Shown piece by piece: positions 6,918-15,058 of a DNA stretch of 36,137 bases. The position numbers were made by a program, and so were the translations under genes. This DNA comes from an uncultured Bacteroidales bacterium (lineage in GTDB: Bacteria; Bacteroidota; Bacteroidia; Bacteroidales; ML635J-15). Under the pieces are notes generated by a model. It was not told the origin of the DNA. It worked only from the letters and a program-made list of their open reading frames with translations, and did no database searches. The first letter of the stretch is position 1. The number at the start of each line of letters is the position of its first letter. The stretch is from the NCBI GenBank assembly GCA_964579045.1, contig CAZOHR010000003.1, forward strand, positions 1 through 36,137. Reading direction: 5' to 3'.

Positions 6918-9199
6918 ATTTTGACAATATACCGCAGGAACTAAAAGACCTCAAACAATGGGTATGCCATACACCCGATAAGTTACCTATGAACGCAAAA
7001 ACAGGGAAAAATGCACAGAGTAATAACCCCGCTACTTGGAGTGATTATGAAACCGCTATCAAAGGTATGGAAAAGTTCAAATTTGAGGGTATTGGGTTTA
7101 TGTTTGCAAATGGGTATTTTGGAGTGGACTTAGACCATTGCATTAACAATACGGATTTCATCGAGGAATTTGTAGAAACGCTTGATTCGTATGCTGAAAT
7201 TAGCAAGTCGGGCGAGGGAATACATATTATATGCAAAGGAATGTTACCACAAGGGAAAAGGCGAAAAGATAATGTGGAAATGTATGACTCGGGTAGATAT
7301 TTTTGTATGACGGGAAATAATTGGGGAATTGCAGAGATTAAAGATTGTACCGAAACTATAAAAATACTCCACAATAAATATCTTTCGGAACCAAAACCGA
7401 TGATGATGGGTAGGAACGTACAAAAAATTTATATGAGTGATGATGATGTTATTTCAAAAGCTCGACTATCTAAAAACGGAATGTATTTCGAGGCACTTTA
7501 TAGAGGTAATTGGCAAGGAGCATATACCAGTCAATCAGAGGCGGATTTAGCGTTCTGCAATATGCTTGCATTTTGGACACAAAAGGAATCGGAACAGATT
7601 GATAGAATCTTTCGTTCAAGCGGATTGTTTCGTACTAAATGGGATTCATTGAGAAGTGGAGTCACTTATGGGAATTCCACAATATCGAAAGCAGTTCAAG
7701 GTTGCACGGAAGTTTATGGGGTAGAGATGCAAGGAAAAGAACAAGATTTGGTGGTAGGTGTGTTTGGAAAGAAAACCAAGGTGCCGAAGAAAAACTACGA
7801 GCCAACAGATACAGGAAACGCAAATAGATTGTCCGACAAATACAGAGGGCAATTAAAATTCTCGTATCAGAATAAAATGTGGTATTATTGGACAGGCAAG
7901 GTTTGGCAGGAAGATTTAACTGGCGAATCAAAGAAGATGGCTGACGAAGTTATAATTGATATGAAAAAAGATGCTTTTGATATTGAGGACGAAGAAAAAC
8001 GAGAAATGGCACTAAAATGGGTGGCAAGGACAAGCAATAGCAAGAGTAAAGAAAATATGTTAAAAGAATCGCAACATTTGACTGATATTCCTGTTTTGAG
8101 TAGTGAATTCGATACATACCACGATTATTTGAATTGTCAAAACGGAGTTGTGAATTTGCGTAATGGAGAACTTATTCCGCACAATTCAGTATATATGCAA
8201 AGTAAAATTAGCCTTGCTGAATACTCCAAAGATAAAGAACCTACACAATGGTTGAAGTTTCTTGATGATGTAACGGGCGGAGATAAGGAATTGCAACTAT
8301 TCTTACAAAAAGCGGTTGGGTATAGCTTGACTGGTTCCACAAAGGAGCAATGCGTATTCTTCTTATATGGAAGTGGTAATAACGGAAAATCTACTTTCTT
8401 AGATATTATAACCGATTTAGCAGGAAGTTATTCCTGCAACGTACAACCCGAAACTGTAATGGTAAAAAATCCAATGCAAAGTGGTGGAGCAAATACTGAT
8501 ATTGCAAGATTAAGAGGTTCACGATTTGTTACTACGATAGAACCGAACGAGAGCGTAAAGATAAACGAGGGGTTACTGAAACAACTAACGGGCGGAGATA
8601 AAGTTACTGCTCGATTCCTCTATGGCAGAGAATTTGAATTTATGCCTGAGTTTAAGTTGTGGCTTGGAACGAATCACAAACCAATTATTCGTGGAACTGA
8701 TATAGGAATTTGGCGGAGGATTCGTATGATTCCGTTTACAGTAAATATTCCAAAGGATAAAGTGGACAAAAATTTGAAATTCAAGTTACGAAAAGAATTA
8801 CCATACATATTAGATTGGGCGGTGCAAGGTTGTTTATTATGGCAAAAAGAGGGTTTGGAATTGCCCGCAAGCGTACAAAAAGCCACAGAGGAATATAAGA
8901 GTGAAATGGATTTACTCGGTAGATTTTGCGACGATTGTGTGGAATTGAATTATTTAAGTAGAGAAAAAGCATCGGATTTGTACGAAGTATATATTGGGTG
9001 GGCAAAAGAAAATAACGAATATGAAATGAGTTCCACAAAGTTTTCAAAAGAACTTGCTAAAAAATACCCCGAAAAAGTTAGAATGGCTGATGGAGTATTT
9101 TTCAAGAATACTAAAATAAGTACACTTGGAATGAGATTTAAGACAAAAGACCACTATCACGAGTATAAACAGTATAAAGCTCGACATAATGGAGATTGA
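6914..9199 (+). CDS. bifunctional primase-polymerase / D5-type (SF3) primase-helicase
   Basis: The N-terminal prim-pol shows FGVDLDHC, GEGIHIICKG and YFCMTGN. A PriCT-like segment is SQSEADLAFCNMLAFWT. The C-terminal P-loop is FFLYGSGNNGKSTF. ATG 6914 overlaps the upstream stop (ATGA). Confidence 0.9.
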   Translation: MNFDNIPQELKDLKQWVCHTPDKLPMNAKTGKNAQSNNPATWSDYETAIKGMEKFKFEGIGFMFANGYFGVDLDHCINNTDFIEEFVETLDSYAEISKSGEGIHIICKGMLPQGKRRKDNVEMYDSGRYFCMTGNNWGIAEIKDCTETIKILHNKYLSEPKPMMMGRNVQKIYMSDDDVISKARLSKNGMYFEALYRGNWQGAYTSQSEADLAFCNMLAFWTQKESEQIDRIFRSSGLFRTKWDSLRSGVTYGNSTISKAVQGCTEVYGVEMQGKEQDLVVGVFGKKTKVPKKNYEPTDTGNANRLSDKYRGQLKFSYQNKMWYYWTGKVWQEDLTGESKKMADEVIIDMKKDAFDIEDEEKREMALKWVARTSNSKSKENMLKESQHLTDIPVLSSEFDTYHDYLNCQNGVVNLRNGELIPHNSVYMQSKISLAEYSKDKEPTQWLKFLDDVTGGDKELQLFLQKAVGYSLTGSTKEQCVFFLYGSGNNGKSTFLDIITDLAGSYSCNVQPETVMVKNPMQSGGANTDIARLRGSRFVTTIEPNESVKINEGLLKQLTGGDKVTARFLYGREFEFMPEFKLWLGTNHKPIIRGTDIGIWRRIRMIPFTVNIPKDKVDKNLKFKLRKELPYILDWAVQGCLLWQKEGLELPASVQKATEEYKSEMDLLGRFCDDCVELNYLSREKASDLYEVYIGWAKENNEYEMSSTKFSKELAKKYPEKVRMADGVFFKNTKISTLGMRFKTKDHYHEYKQYKARHNGD

Positions 9200-9207
9200 T
9201 ATAATAG

Positions 9208-9358
9208 TAAAGAAAAATAAAAAAATATAAAAGATAGTGTAGGGTGTAGGGTTAGTGTATAGAAAATCGTAAACTTTTCTATAAAAAATATTTTTTATTC
9301 TTTGCAGACTTTTCTATATTTTATTACACTAACTATACACTATTACACTAAATATAAA
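9208..9358. repeat. TACAC/GTGTA iteron-bearing AT-rich element, copy B (inverted relative to 26601-26740)
   Basis: Positions 9325-9358 are the exact reverse complement of 26601-26634 (34 nt). Positions 9208-9221 are the reverse complement of 26727-26740 (14 nt). Internal arms are 9235-9262 (GTGTA x3) and 9324-9350 (TACAC x3), with a hairpin TATAGAAAA/TTTTCTATA at 9258-9283. Confidence 0.85.
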
Positions 9359-9360
9359 AT

Positions 9361-9415
9361 AATATTAAAAAATATTAAAAAAAGTATTGACAAAGGGTTT
9401 TTAATTTGATACAAT
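9361..9415 (+). promoter_or_regulatory. strong sigma-A type promoter, copy 2 (same UP tract and -35 as 1292-1346)
   Basis: TTGACA 9387-9392, a 17-nt spacer, then TGa TACAAT (-10 at 9410-9415). The 33-nt identity with copy 1 holds here too. The leader shares AAAAATTCAAA with copy 1. Confidence 0.8.
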
Positions 9416-9470
9416 AAAGACTGCAAGACAAATTAAATAAAAAATTCAAACGAAAAAGGAGAACACTAAG

Positions 9471-10739
9471 ATGTCAAAAGAAATGTTGCAACAAAGCGAA
9501 GTAAATATGTTAATATCATTATTCAATGCAAAAAAAGGAACTTGCTACAAATTTTCCGCACAAAAGAACTTAGACGGAATCAAAAGAGCTTGTGAAGTTT
9601 TGAACTATGACTTTCCAACTTTGAAAAAAGCGATTAACGATTTTGCTGGTAATGATTTTGATGTATTCATTAAACAATTACCAATACTAAGTGAATTCGG
9701 AACTCCTACTCCTGCTCCTGCTCCTGCTACTCCAACACCTATTACTCCAATACAACCAACTAATTTATCCGATGCCCAACAAACCGCACAAAATTCACTT
9801 AGCCTGCTTGAACAAGCGATGGCACAAATTTTTATTCAGCAAAAAGGTGACGAACTTGCAAAGGGAGTTCTCGAAAATGTAGAAAAACAAGTAACTGAAT
9901 TTATTTATAAAACTTATGGACCTATACAAAGAAAGATTGAAATACAATTTGGCGAAAAGAAAGCTCAACTTGAAGGAGTATTGCACGATAAATTCGACGA
10001 GGTACTTGCTTTCGTATCTGCAAATGAACCAGTATTCTTATGTGGACCTGCTGGTTCGGGTAAAAATGTATTATGTCAACAAATAGCACAAACACTCGAA
10101 CTTGATTTCTACTTCTCTAACGCAGTAACGCAGGAATACAAAATCACGGGATTCACAGATGCGATGGGTATTTTTCACGAATCGCAATTCTACAAAGCGT
10201 TTAAAAATGGCGGTGTATTTATGCTTGACGAAATGGACGCATCAATACCCGAAGTTCTAATAATACTTAATGCGGCAATAGCTAACCGTTACTTTGACTT
10301 TCCTGCTCCGATAGGATATGTCGAGGCACATAAAGACTTCCGTGTAATATCCGCAGGAAATACATTTGGACACGGAGCCTCATACCAATACGTTGGCAGA
10401 AATCAACTTGATATGGCAAGCCTTGACAGATTTGCGGTAGTTGAAATTTCATATAGTGAAGAAATCGAGAAAAGTTGTGCACAGGGAGATGAAGAACTCA
10501 CACAATTCATTAGACAATTTAGACAAGCAAGTGAAAAAAGCGGAATCAATACTATTACATCATACAGAGCTATTACAAGAATTTCAAAAATGGTTCCTGC
10601 TTTGGGTATTCAAAAAACACTTAAAACTTGTTTAACAAAATCTCTCGAACGAGATGATTTGAAAATGATTATTTCTAACATCAACTGCAACAATAAATAT
10701 GGACAGGCACTTAGAAAATTAAGTGAGGTGCATAACTAA
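9471..10739 (+). CDS. AAA_5 (MoxR/CobS/dynein-related) ATPase with N-terminal unknown domain and Pro/Thr/Ala linker
   Basis: Walker A is FLCGPAGSGKN and Walker B is VFMLDEMD. VISAGN and SLDRF (sensor/arginine region) are also present. The linker is TPTPAPAPATPTPITPIQPT. RBS AAAAAGGAG is upstream. Confidence 0.85.
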   Translation: MSKEMLQQSEVNMLISLFNAKKGTCYKFSAQKNLDGIKRACEVLNYDFPTLKKAINDFAGNDFDVFIKQLPILSEFGTPTPAPAPATPTPITPIQPTNLSDAQQTAQNSLSLLEQAMAQIFIQQKGDELAKGVLENVEKQVTEFIYKTYGPIQRKIEIQFGEKKAQLEGVLHDKFDEVLAFVSANEPVFLCGPAGSGKNVLCQQIAQTLELDFYFSNAVTQEYKITGFTDAMGIFHESQFYKAFKNGGVFMLDEMDASIPEVLIILNAAIANRYFDFPAPIGYVEAHKDFRVISAGNTFGHGASYQYVGRNQLDMASLDRFAVVEISYSEEIEKSCAQGDEELTQFIRQFRQASEKSGINTITSYRAITRISKMVPALGIQKTLKTCLTKSLERDDLKMIISNINCNNKYGQALRKLSEVHN

Positions 10740-11596
10740 TGGAAACTCGAAAAGTTAAAATGAAATGTCAAAGTCACACCGCAAATGTAGAACTTTATAA
10801 TTCAGCGAATGAATTAGTTGATACTTGCTTGAAGCGTACTTACAAAGGTGGTAGCTTTCACGGAGATACATTTAGCGGAAGTAGAGATAAAGGCGGCAGA
10901 AAATGGAATGGCGGACTTACTGCAAAACAATCACTTGAAACTCTTGCAAATGGTTGGAGCGAGAATGTGGAAAAGCTTACCAAGAAAATGAATTCAGTAA
11001 AACAACTTGCAGATGGAAAACGAAATACTTTTAGAAACGATGTTGTTGGATATTCTCCGATAGTACCGCTTGCAATAATGGGAGTTCCTACATCGATGAT
11101 AAGCTCAACTCAAAAGAAAATCAAGTCGAAAATAATTGACATTTACTACGACACAACAGTTTCTTGTGGAAATTCCGCAAAACAAATACTTGACAACGGA
11201 ATGAAACTTATGGAAACGGTAGTGAATCTTGAAAATAGTGGATATAGAGTTAGACTATCCGCTATGCAGAGCTACTCAGTTAGTGATAGTTCAGACATAT
11301 TGATAGTTAGAGTAAAAAATGAAAACCAACCACTTGATATAAAACGAGTAATGTTTCCAATTATGCACCCCGCTATGTTTAGAGTAATTGGATTTGGGTG
11401 GTACGAAAGATGTCCGACCGCTGAATATAGAAATGGATATGGCAGAGGACTTAGTTACAATATGAGCGAAAAAGAATTCGACATATTTGTAAAAGAACTT
11501 TTTGGAAAATCCGCCTGTGCATTAAGCGGAAAATTTATACAAGACAAGTCACAAGAATATATTGAAAAAACATTAAAAGGAGAGTACATCAAATGA
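10739..11596 (+). CDS. hypothetical protein, translationally coupled partner of the AAA_5 ATPase
   Basis: ATG 10739 overlaps the stop TAA (TAATG). The ORF is 285 aa. I recognise no motif. Confidence 0.65.
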   Translation: METRKVKMKCQSHTANVELYNSANELVDTCLKRTYKGGSFHGDTFSGSRDKGGRKWNGGLTAKQSLETLANGWSENVEKLTKKMNSVKQLADGKRNTFRNDVVGYSPIVPLAIMGVPTSMISSTQKKIKSKIIDIYYDTTVSCGNSAKQILDNGMKLMETVVNLENSGYRVRLSAMQSYSVSDSSDILIVRVKNENQPLDIKRVMFPIMHPAMFRVIGFGWYERCPTAEYRNGYGRGLSYNMSEKEFDIFVKELFGKSACALSGKFIQDKSQEYIEKTLKGEYIK

Positions 11597-12003
11597 TAAA
11601 AGCTAAAAACGAAATGGGGTGGGTGGTTTGCGGAAATTCGAACCACCGACTTGCAAAAATCAACGGAGATTTACCTAATGGAACTAATGTGGAAATAAAA
11701 TGCCACGGGTGTAGAGAAATAAATTCACTTGCAGAACTCAAAGGATTCCAACTCGGAGATATAGTGGCAACTATTGGTGCCTCGAATTTGAACCGAGACG
11801 AGGTAAAAATTGCACTTAACAAACACGCAAATTGCGATTGGGGAGATACGAATCCTGCTGATGCAAAACTTAATGATGAAGTTATCGCAACTTCTGACGG
11901 AAGAATATTCTCGGTATATCATACTTCTAACGGAATAAAGTTTTGGATAATTACAGAATGGGATAGAAGTTACACCACAGTATTACTGCCAAACGAATAT
12001 TAA
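11593..12003 (+). CDS. Com-like zinc-ribbon protein fused to a plasmid/ICE-type small domain
   Basis: The N-terminus VVCGNSNHRLAKINGD...VEIKCHGCREIN resembles the Mu Com zinc ribbon. The C-terminus is CDWGD...KFWIITEWDRSYTTVLLPNEY. Its start overlaps the upstream stop (ATGA). Confidence 0.65.
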   Translation: MIKAKNEMGWVVCGNSNHRLAKINGDLPNGTNVEIKCHGCREINSLAELKGFQLGDIVATIGASNLNRDEVKIALNKHANCDWGDTNPADAKLNDEVIATSDGRIFSVYHTSNGIKFWIITEWDRSYTTVLLPNEY

Positions 12004-12013
12004 GCACCCATAG

Positions 12014-12061
12014 AACTTTCGGGTATATCAACTCATATATTCATAGATGCACCCGAAAGTT
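12014..12061 (+). promoter_or_regulatory. perfect 11-bp stem hairpin without T-tract
   Basis: AACTTTCGGGT (12014-12024) pairs with ACCCGAAAGTT (12051-12061) around a 26-nt loop. It lies in the 101-nt gap before ORF 12105. Confidence 0.4.
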
Positions 12062-12104
12062 GCTTAGAAGTCAATTTTGAGGTTATGAAAACGAGGGAAA
12101 AACA

Positions 12105-12755
12105 ATGAAATTTTATATGGGTATGGGAGATTCTCGTGAGGAACTCGAAAAATTAGAAACAATAACGTTACAACAAATTTTAAAACAAGGGGGAACTAAA
12201 ATGGGGCAATATTTTGATTGCGTAATGGGAAGTGCAACAACAAAGTTTAGAAAATATCCTGCTCACGATTTCGGGCAGGGTGCAAAAATTACTGAACATT
12301 CTTGGGTAGGAAATGATTTTGTTAACAAGATGGCACATATTTTAAGGTTTACTCCAAGACAAGTAGCGTGGATTGGTGACTATGCGGAAGATGTAGAACC
12401 TAAATTCGACAATGTTGCAGAATTCAAATATAACGGAGTAAAAAAATTACCAGTTGATTATATGGAGAATGGTATTTTAGCGAATTACAGGAAAAAAGAA
12501 TACTTGGATATGTCGCTTTATTACGAGCTTAACAAGTATGACGATGCAAGAGATACTTGGTGTTTGAATCCTTTACCTTTATTGACTGCGGTAGGGAACG
12601 GACAGGGTGGTGGAGATTATCACGGAATAAACGAAGATGATGTTGGAATTTGGGCATACGATACATTGAGGTTTGCGAAACCGAGCGACTATGAAAATTG
12701 GAATTTAATTACCAGCTCGTTTACACCCGTAATGTATGAATTTAGAGAGGAGTGA
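12105..12755 (+). CDS. hypothetical protein (alternative start ATG 12201)
   Basis: RBS GAGGGA lies before ATG 12105. An internal ATG 12201 has a stronger RBS (AAGGGGGA 7 nt upstream). A GNGQGGGDYHG glycine-rich loop is present. Confidence 0.6.
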   Translation: MKFYMGMGDSREELEKLETITLQQILKQGGTKMGQYFDCVMGSATTKFRKYPAHDFGQGAKITEHSWVGNDFVNKMAHILRFTPRQVAWIGDYAEDVEPKFDNVAEFKYNGVKKLPVDYMENGILANYRKKEYLDMSLYYELNKYDDARDTWCLNPLPLLTAVGNGQGGGDYHGINEDDVGIWAYDTLRFAKPSDYENWNLITSSFTPVMYEFREE

Positions 12756-12761
12756 TAAAAA

Positions 12762-13046
12762 ATGTATGATGCACAAAAAGATTTTGACAGGCAATCAGAA
12801 AAAGTAGAAAAAAACAACGAAGAATTTTTATCGGCAATACGAGAATTTAAAACTCGCATAAATTCACTCGAAGAAAATGATTCTTCAAATGAAAGAGTTA
12901 TTGAACTCACGAGGGAATTAAGAGTGCGACTTTCTGATATTGGAATCGTATGTAAGGTTTGCGGAAAACTAATTGATGATTTTGGAGCAGACGGAGAGCC
13001 GAGGTTATGCGGAGAGTGTATTGATTGGGGGTTTAACTTAGATTGA
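12762..13046 (+). CDS. hypothetical protein with C-terminal CxxC...CxxC zinc ribbon
   Basis: RBS GAGAGGAGTG is upstream. The zinc ribbon is CKVCGKLIDD...LCGEC. Confidence 0.6.
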   Translation: MYDAQKDFDRQSEKVEKNNEEFLSAIREFKTRINSLEENDSSNERVIELTRELRVRLSDIGIVCKVCGKLIDDFGADGEPRLCGECIDWGFNLD

Positions 13047-13231
13047 GCAAAAAACTTGATTTTAGATATAGACCAATCACATCATCGTTTAATATAAATT
13101 ACGCAGTAGAAGATTGCAGGACAAAGCAGAATCAAGACCATAGGCAAACGGAAAAACGCAAGAAAAAGTTAGCCGAGATAGATGTGGAAAAAGAGGCTGA
13201 CGAAATATTTTTAAAAATAGGATTGGAGTGA
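13043..13231 (+). CDS. hypothetical basic protein (TTG start, weakly supported)
   Basis: The ORF fills the gap between neighbours. It has a TTG start with a distant GGGGG, which gives poor start evidence. Confidence 0.35.
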   Translation: MSKKLDFRYRPITSSFNINYAVEDCRTKQNQDHRQTEKRKKKLAEIDVEKEADEIFLKIGLE

Positions 13232-13235
13232 TTTA

Positions 13236-13757
13236 ATGCGACAGAAAAATTTAGGTTTGATGTTTTATTCTCTATTAGTGACATTCGTATTCGTGACTTA
13301 CATATTATTTAATTGCAATGAACCGCAGGAAGTATTCGAGCGACAAGATTCTCCTATGCAGGCGGATTTGGTAATACCCGACTCGCAGATTTATCAAAAA
13401 GTAGAAAAAACGCTTGTAGCTCCAAAATTCACTTCATATAGCAACCCCGACAAACAAATGATGGCGAAAGTTTTATTTAAGGAATCACGAGGAGAACCCG
13501 ATGCAGGGCAGAGAGCAATAGTGAAACTCATATTGAATCGGAGAGATAGTAAGATTTTTGGTGACTCGATTCAAGATATACTTAATGCAAGAGGTCAATT
13601 TGAAATGTCGAACACATATACCGCAAAAGAAATGTCAAATGTCGAATATGTAATAAGCAACGGATTTGATTTGCCACAGGAATTTTGTTACTTTGGAACT
13701 TGGAGATTCAGGACAGGAGAATATAAGAAGATAGGCAACCATTATTTTATGAGATAG
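13236..13757 (+). CDS. SleB-like cell-wall hydrolase (Hydrolase_2) with N-terminal membrane anchor/signal
   Basis: MMAKVLFKESRGEPDAGQRAIVKLILNR...ILNARGQFE matches the SleB/CwlJ catalytic-domain pattern. The N-terminal hydrophobic helix is LGLMFYSLLVTFVFVTYILF. Confidence 0.75.
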   Translation: MRQKNLGLMFYSLLVTFVFVTYILFNCNEPQEVFERQDSPMQADLVIPDSQIYQKVEKTLVAPKFTSYSNPDKQMMAKVLFKESRGEPDAGQRAIVKLILNRRDSKIFGDSIQDILNARGQFEMSNTYTAKEMSNVEYVISNGFDLPQEFCYFGTWRFRTGEYKKIGNHYFMR

Positions 13758-13771
13758 GAGTGCATAACGAA

Positions 13772-14050
13772 ATGCGAAAATCAGAAGACATAAAAAGATT
13801 GATAACGCTACCTTGCGATATAGGTGGAGATATATTTTGGGTAGATGCAGATACTAAAACTGTAAGATGTGAAGAAAAGGGAATCAGAGGAATATTAGTG
13901 AGAAAAGATAAGTTTTTGATTGAGGACAAGACGGGCACTGTTGATGAAATCGGAACAACGTATTGCCATTTGACAAGAGAGAGTGCGGAAAAAGAATTAG
14001 TTGGATTCCTGCAAAAACAACAAGAAGAATTCGAGGGGAGTGGTATATAG
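13772..14050 (+). CDS. hypothetical protein
   Basis: The ORF spans 13760-14050. The GTG at 13760 abuts AGGAG, so ATG 13772 is more plausible. Confidence 0.5.
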   Translation: MRKSEDIKRLITLPCDIGGDIFWVDADTKTVRCEEKGIRGILVRKDKFLIEDKTGTVDEIGTTYCHLTRESAEKELVGFLQKQQEEFEGSGI

Positions 14051-14364
14051 TGAGAGTGGCAAAAGGAGAATTACAAAATAAAGATAAAATATGTGAGATT
14101 GATGGTTGCGAAAATGTGGTATGCTCGAAAAACTTATGCAACAAACACTATAAACGAAAACGACGGGCAGAGGGAAAAATCAAATCAAGAGCAAAGAGAT
14201 TCAATAAAGATTTAGCAAGAGTTGTGAGATGCCGATATTGTGTATGGAGAAATACAGAAATGTGTTTTCGTTCATATCCTGCTGACAATTTAATTGCAGG
14301 TTACGAAATTGGAATGACCCTTGATGATGATTATTGCAGTGAGGGGGCGACTGAAATTGATTAA
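14050..14364 (+). CDS. Cys-rich zinc-finger protein (CxxxxC...CxxH motif as seen in phage HNH-associated modules)
   Basis: GTG 14050 has GAGGGGAG upstream. ICEIDGCENVVCSKNLCNKHYKRKRR is followed by a second Cys cluster, RCRYCVWRNTEMC. Confidence 0.5.
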   Translation: MRVAKGELQNKDKICEIDGCENVVCSKNLCNKHYKRKRRAEGKIKSRAKRFNKDLARVVRCRYCVWRNTEMCFRSYPADNLIAGYEIGMTLDDDYCSEGATEID

Positions 14365-14440
14365 CGAAAAAGTGTTTCCGATTATACTAATGGTATTAAA
14401 TTTATGTGCAAGTTAAGTTAAAAAACATAAATAATTATAA

Positions 14441-14475
14441 AGTCAAGCGTTTAAAATACGCTTGACTTTTTGATT
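14441..14475 (+). terminator. intrinsic terminator
   Basis: The perfect 10-bp stem AGTCAAGCGT / ACGCTTGACT has a 7-nt loop and is followed by TTTTTGATTTTT. Confidence 0.85.
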
Positions 14476-14490
14476 TTTCAAGACTATAAT
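14462..14490 (+). promoter_or_regulatory. consensus sigma-A promoter embedded in terminator 3' arm
   Basis: TTGACT (14462-14467), exactly 17 nt, then TATAAT (14485-14490). Confidence 0.7.
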
Positions 14491-14532
14491 TGTTCTTGAA
14501 TGAATATATTTTATTAAAAAGGTGGTGAATTT

Positions 14533-14856
14533 ATGCGAAAACTAAAAGAATTCGCAGAGAAATATCCGTGGACATTTTCTAAAACTTATGCAAGAACTGC
14601 TCCGCACGAATATGTAGTTAGGGAGAATGTGGCAGATGATGAATCGTTTGATGAAATTGTAATGCTTATTCGTGAAAAGGGATTCAAGTGTAATTTTTGG
14701 AAAGCGGAACATATCTACTTAGAGTTAGATGGAAAATACTATTGGACTATGGGAAGTCCACTTGAAGAAACAATAATTATCAACAGGTGCGAATCAAAAG
14801 ACTATGTTATTTTCAACATAAAAGACGGAAAGGTAGGAATGAAATATGCGAGGTAA
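14533..14856 (+). CDS. hypothetical conserved phage protein, first gene of candidate modification operon
   Basis: RBS AAAAGGTGGTG is upstream. The motif WTFSKTYARTAPHEYVV...YYWTMG resembles a recurrent phage family; this is from memory and unverified. Confidence 0.65.
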   Translation: MRKLKEFAEKYPWTFSKTYARTAPHEYVVRENVADDESFDEIVMLIREKGFKCNFWKAEHIYLELDGKYYWTMGSPLEETIIINRCESKDYVIFNIKDGKVGMKYAR

Positions 14857-15058
14857 GAGAGTGCGAGAATTTCACAAAATGGAAAGACAAATTGCTGAAT
14901 TGAAAGGAGATTTACAGAAAATCGATAGCACTAATATTGTTATCCACAACAACGTATTCGGACTTTGCGAGCAACTCAATGAAATTAAGAGAAAGCGGGT
15001 GAGTTATAGACTATGGCAATTAATTACAAAGAGAATACCGTTTTTGACGAAGCATTAG
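14846..15058 (+). CDS. small coiled-coil hypothetical protein (uncertain)
   Basis: The ORF overlaps both neighbours (11 nt upstream, 46 nt downstream). An alternative start is ATG 14879. Confidence 0.35.
   Translation: MRGKRVREFHKMERQIAELKGDLQKIDSTNIVIHNNVFGLCEQLNEIKRKRVSYRLWQLITKRIPFLTKH

Noticed and set aside
7639-7827. 62-aa + strand ORF nested in the primase-helicase gene.
   Set aside because: It is out of frame inside a continuous 761-aa gene with clear motifs on both sides. It has no RBS.
9691-9882. 63-aa + strand ORF with a poly-Leu run (LLLLLLLLLL).
   Set aside because: It is an alternative frame of the CCT/GCT triplet tract that encodes the Pro/Thr/Ala linker of the AAA_5 ATPase. 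It is nested inside a well-supported gene.
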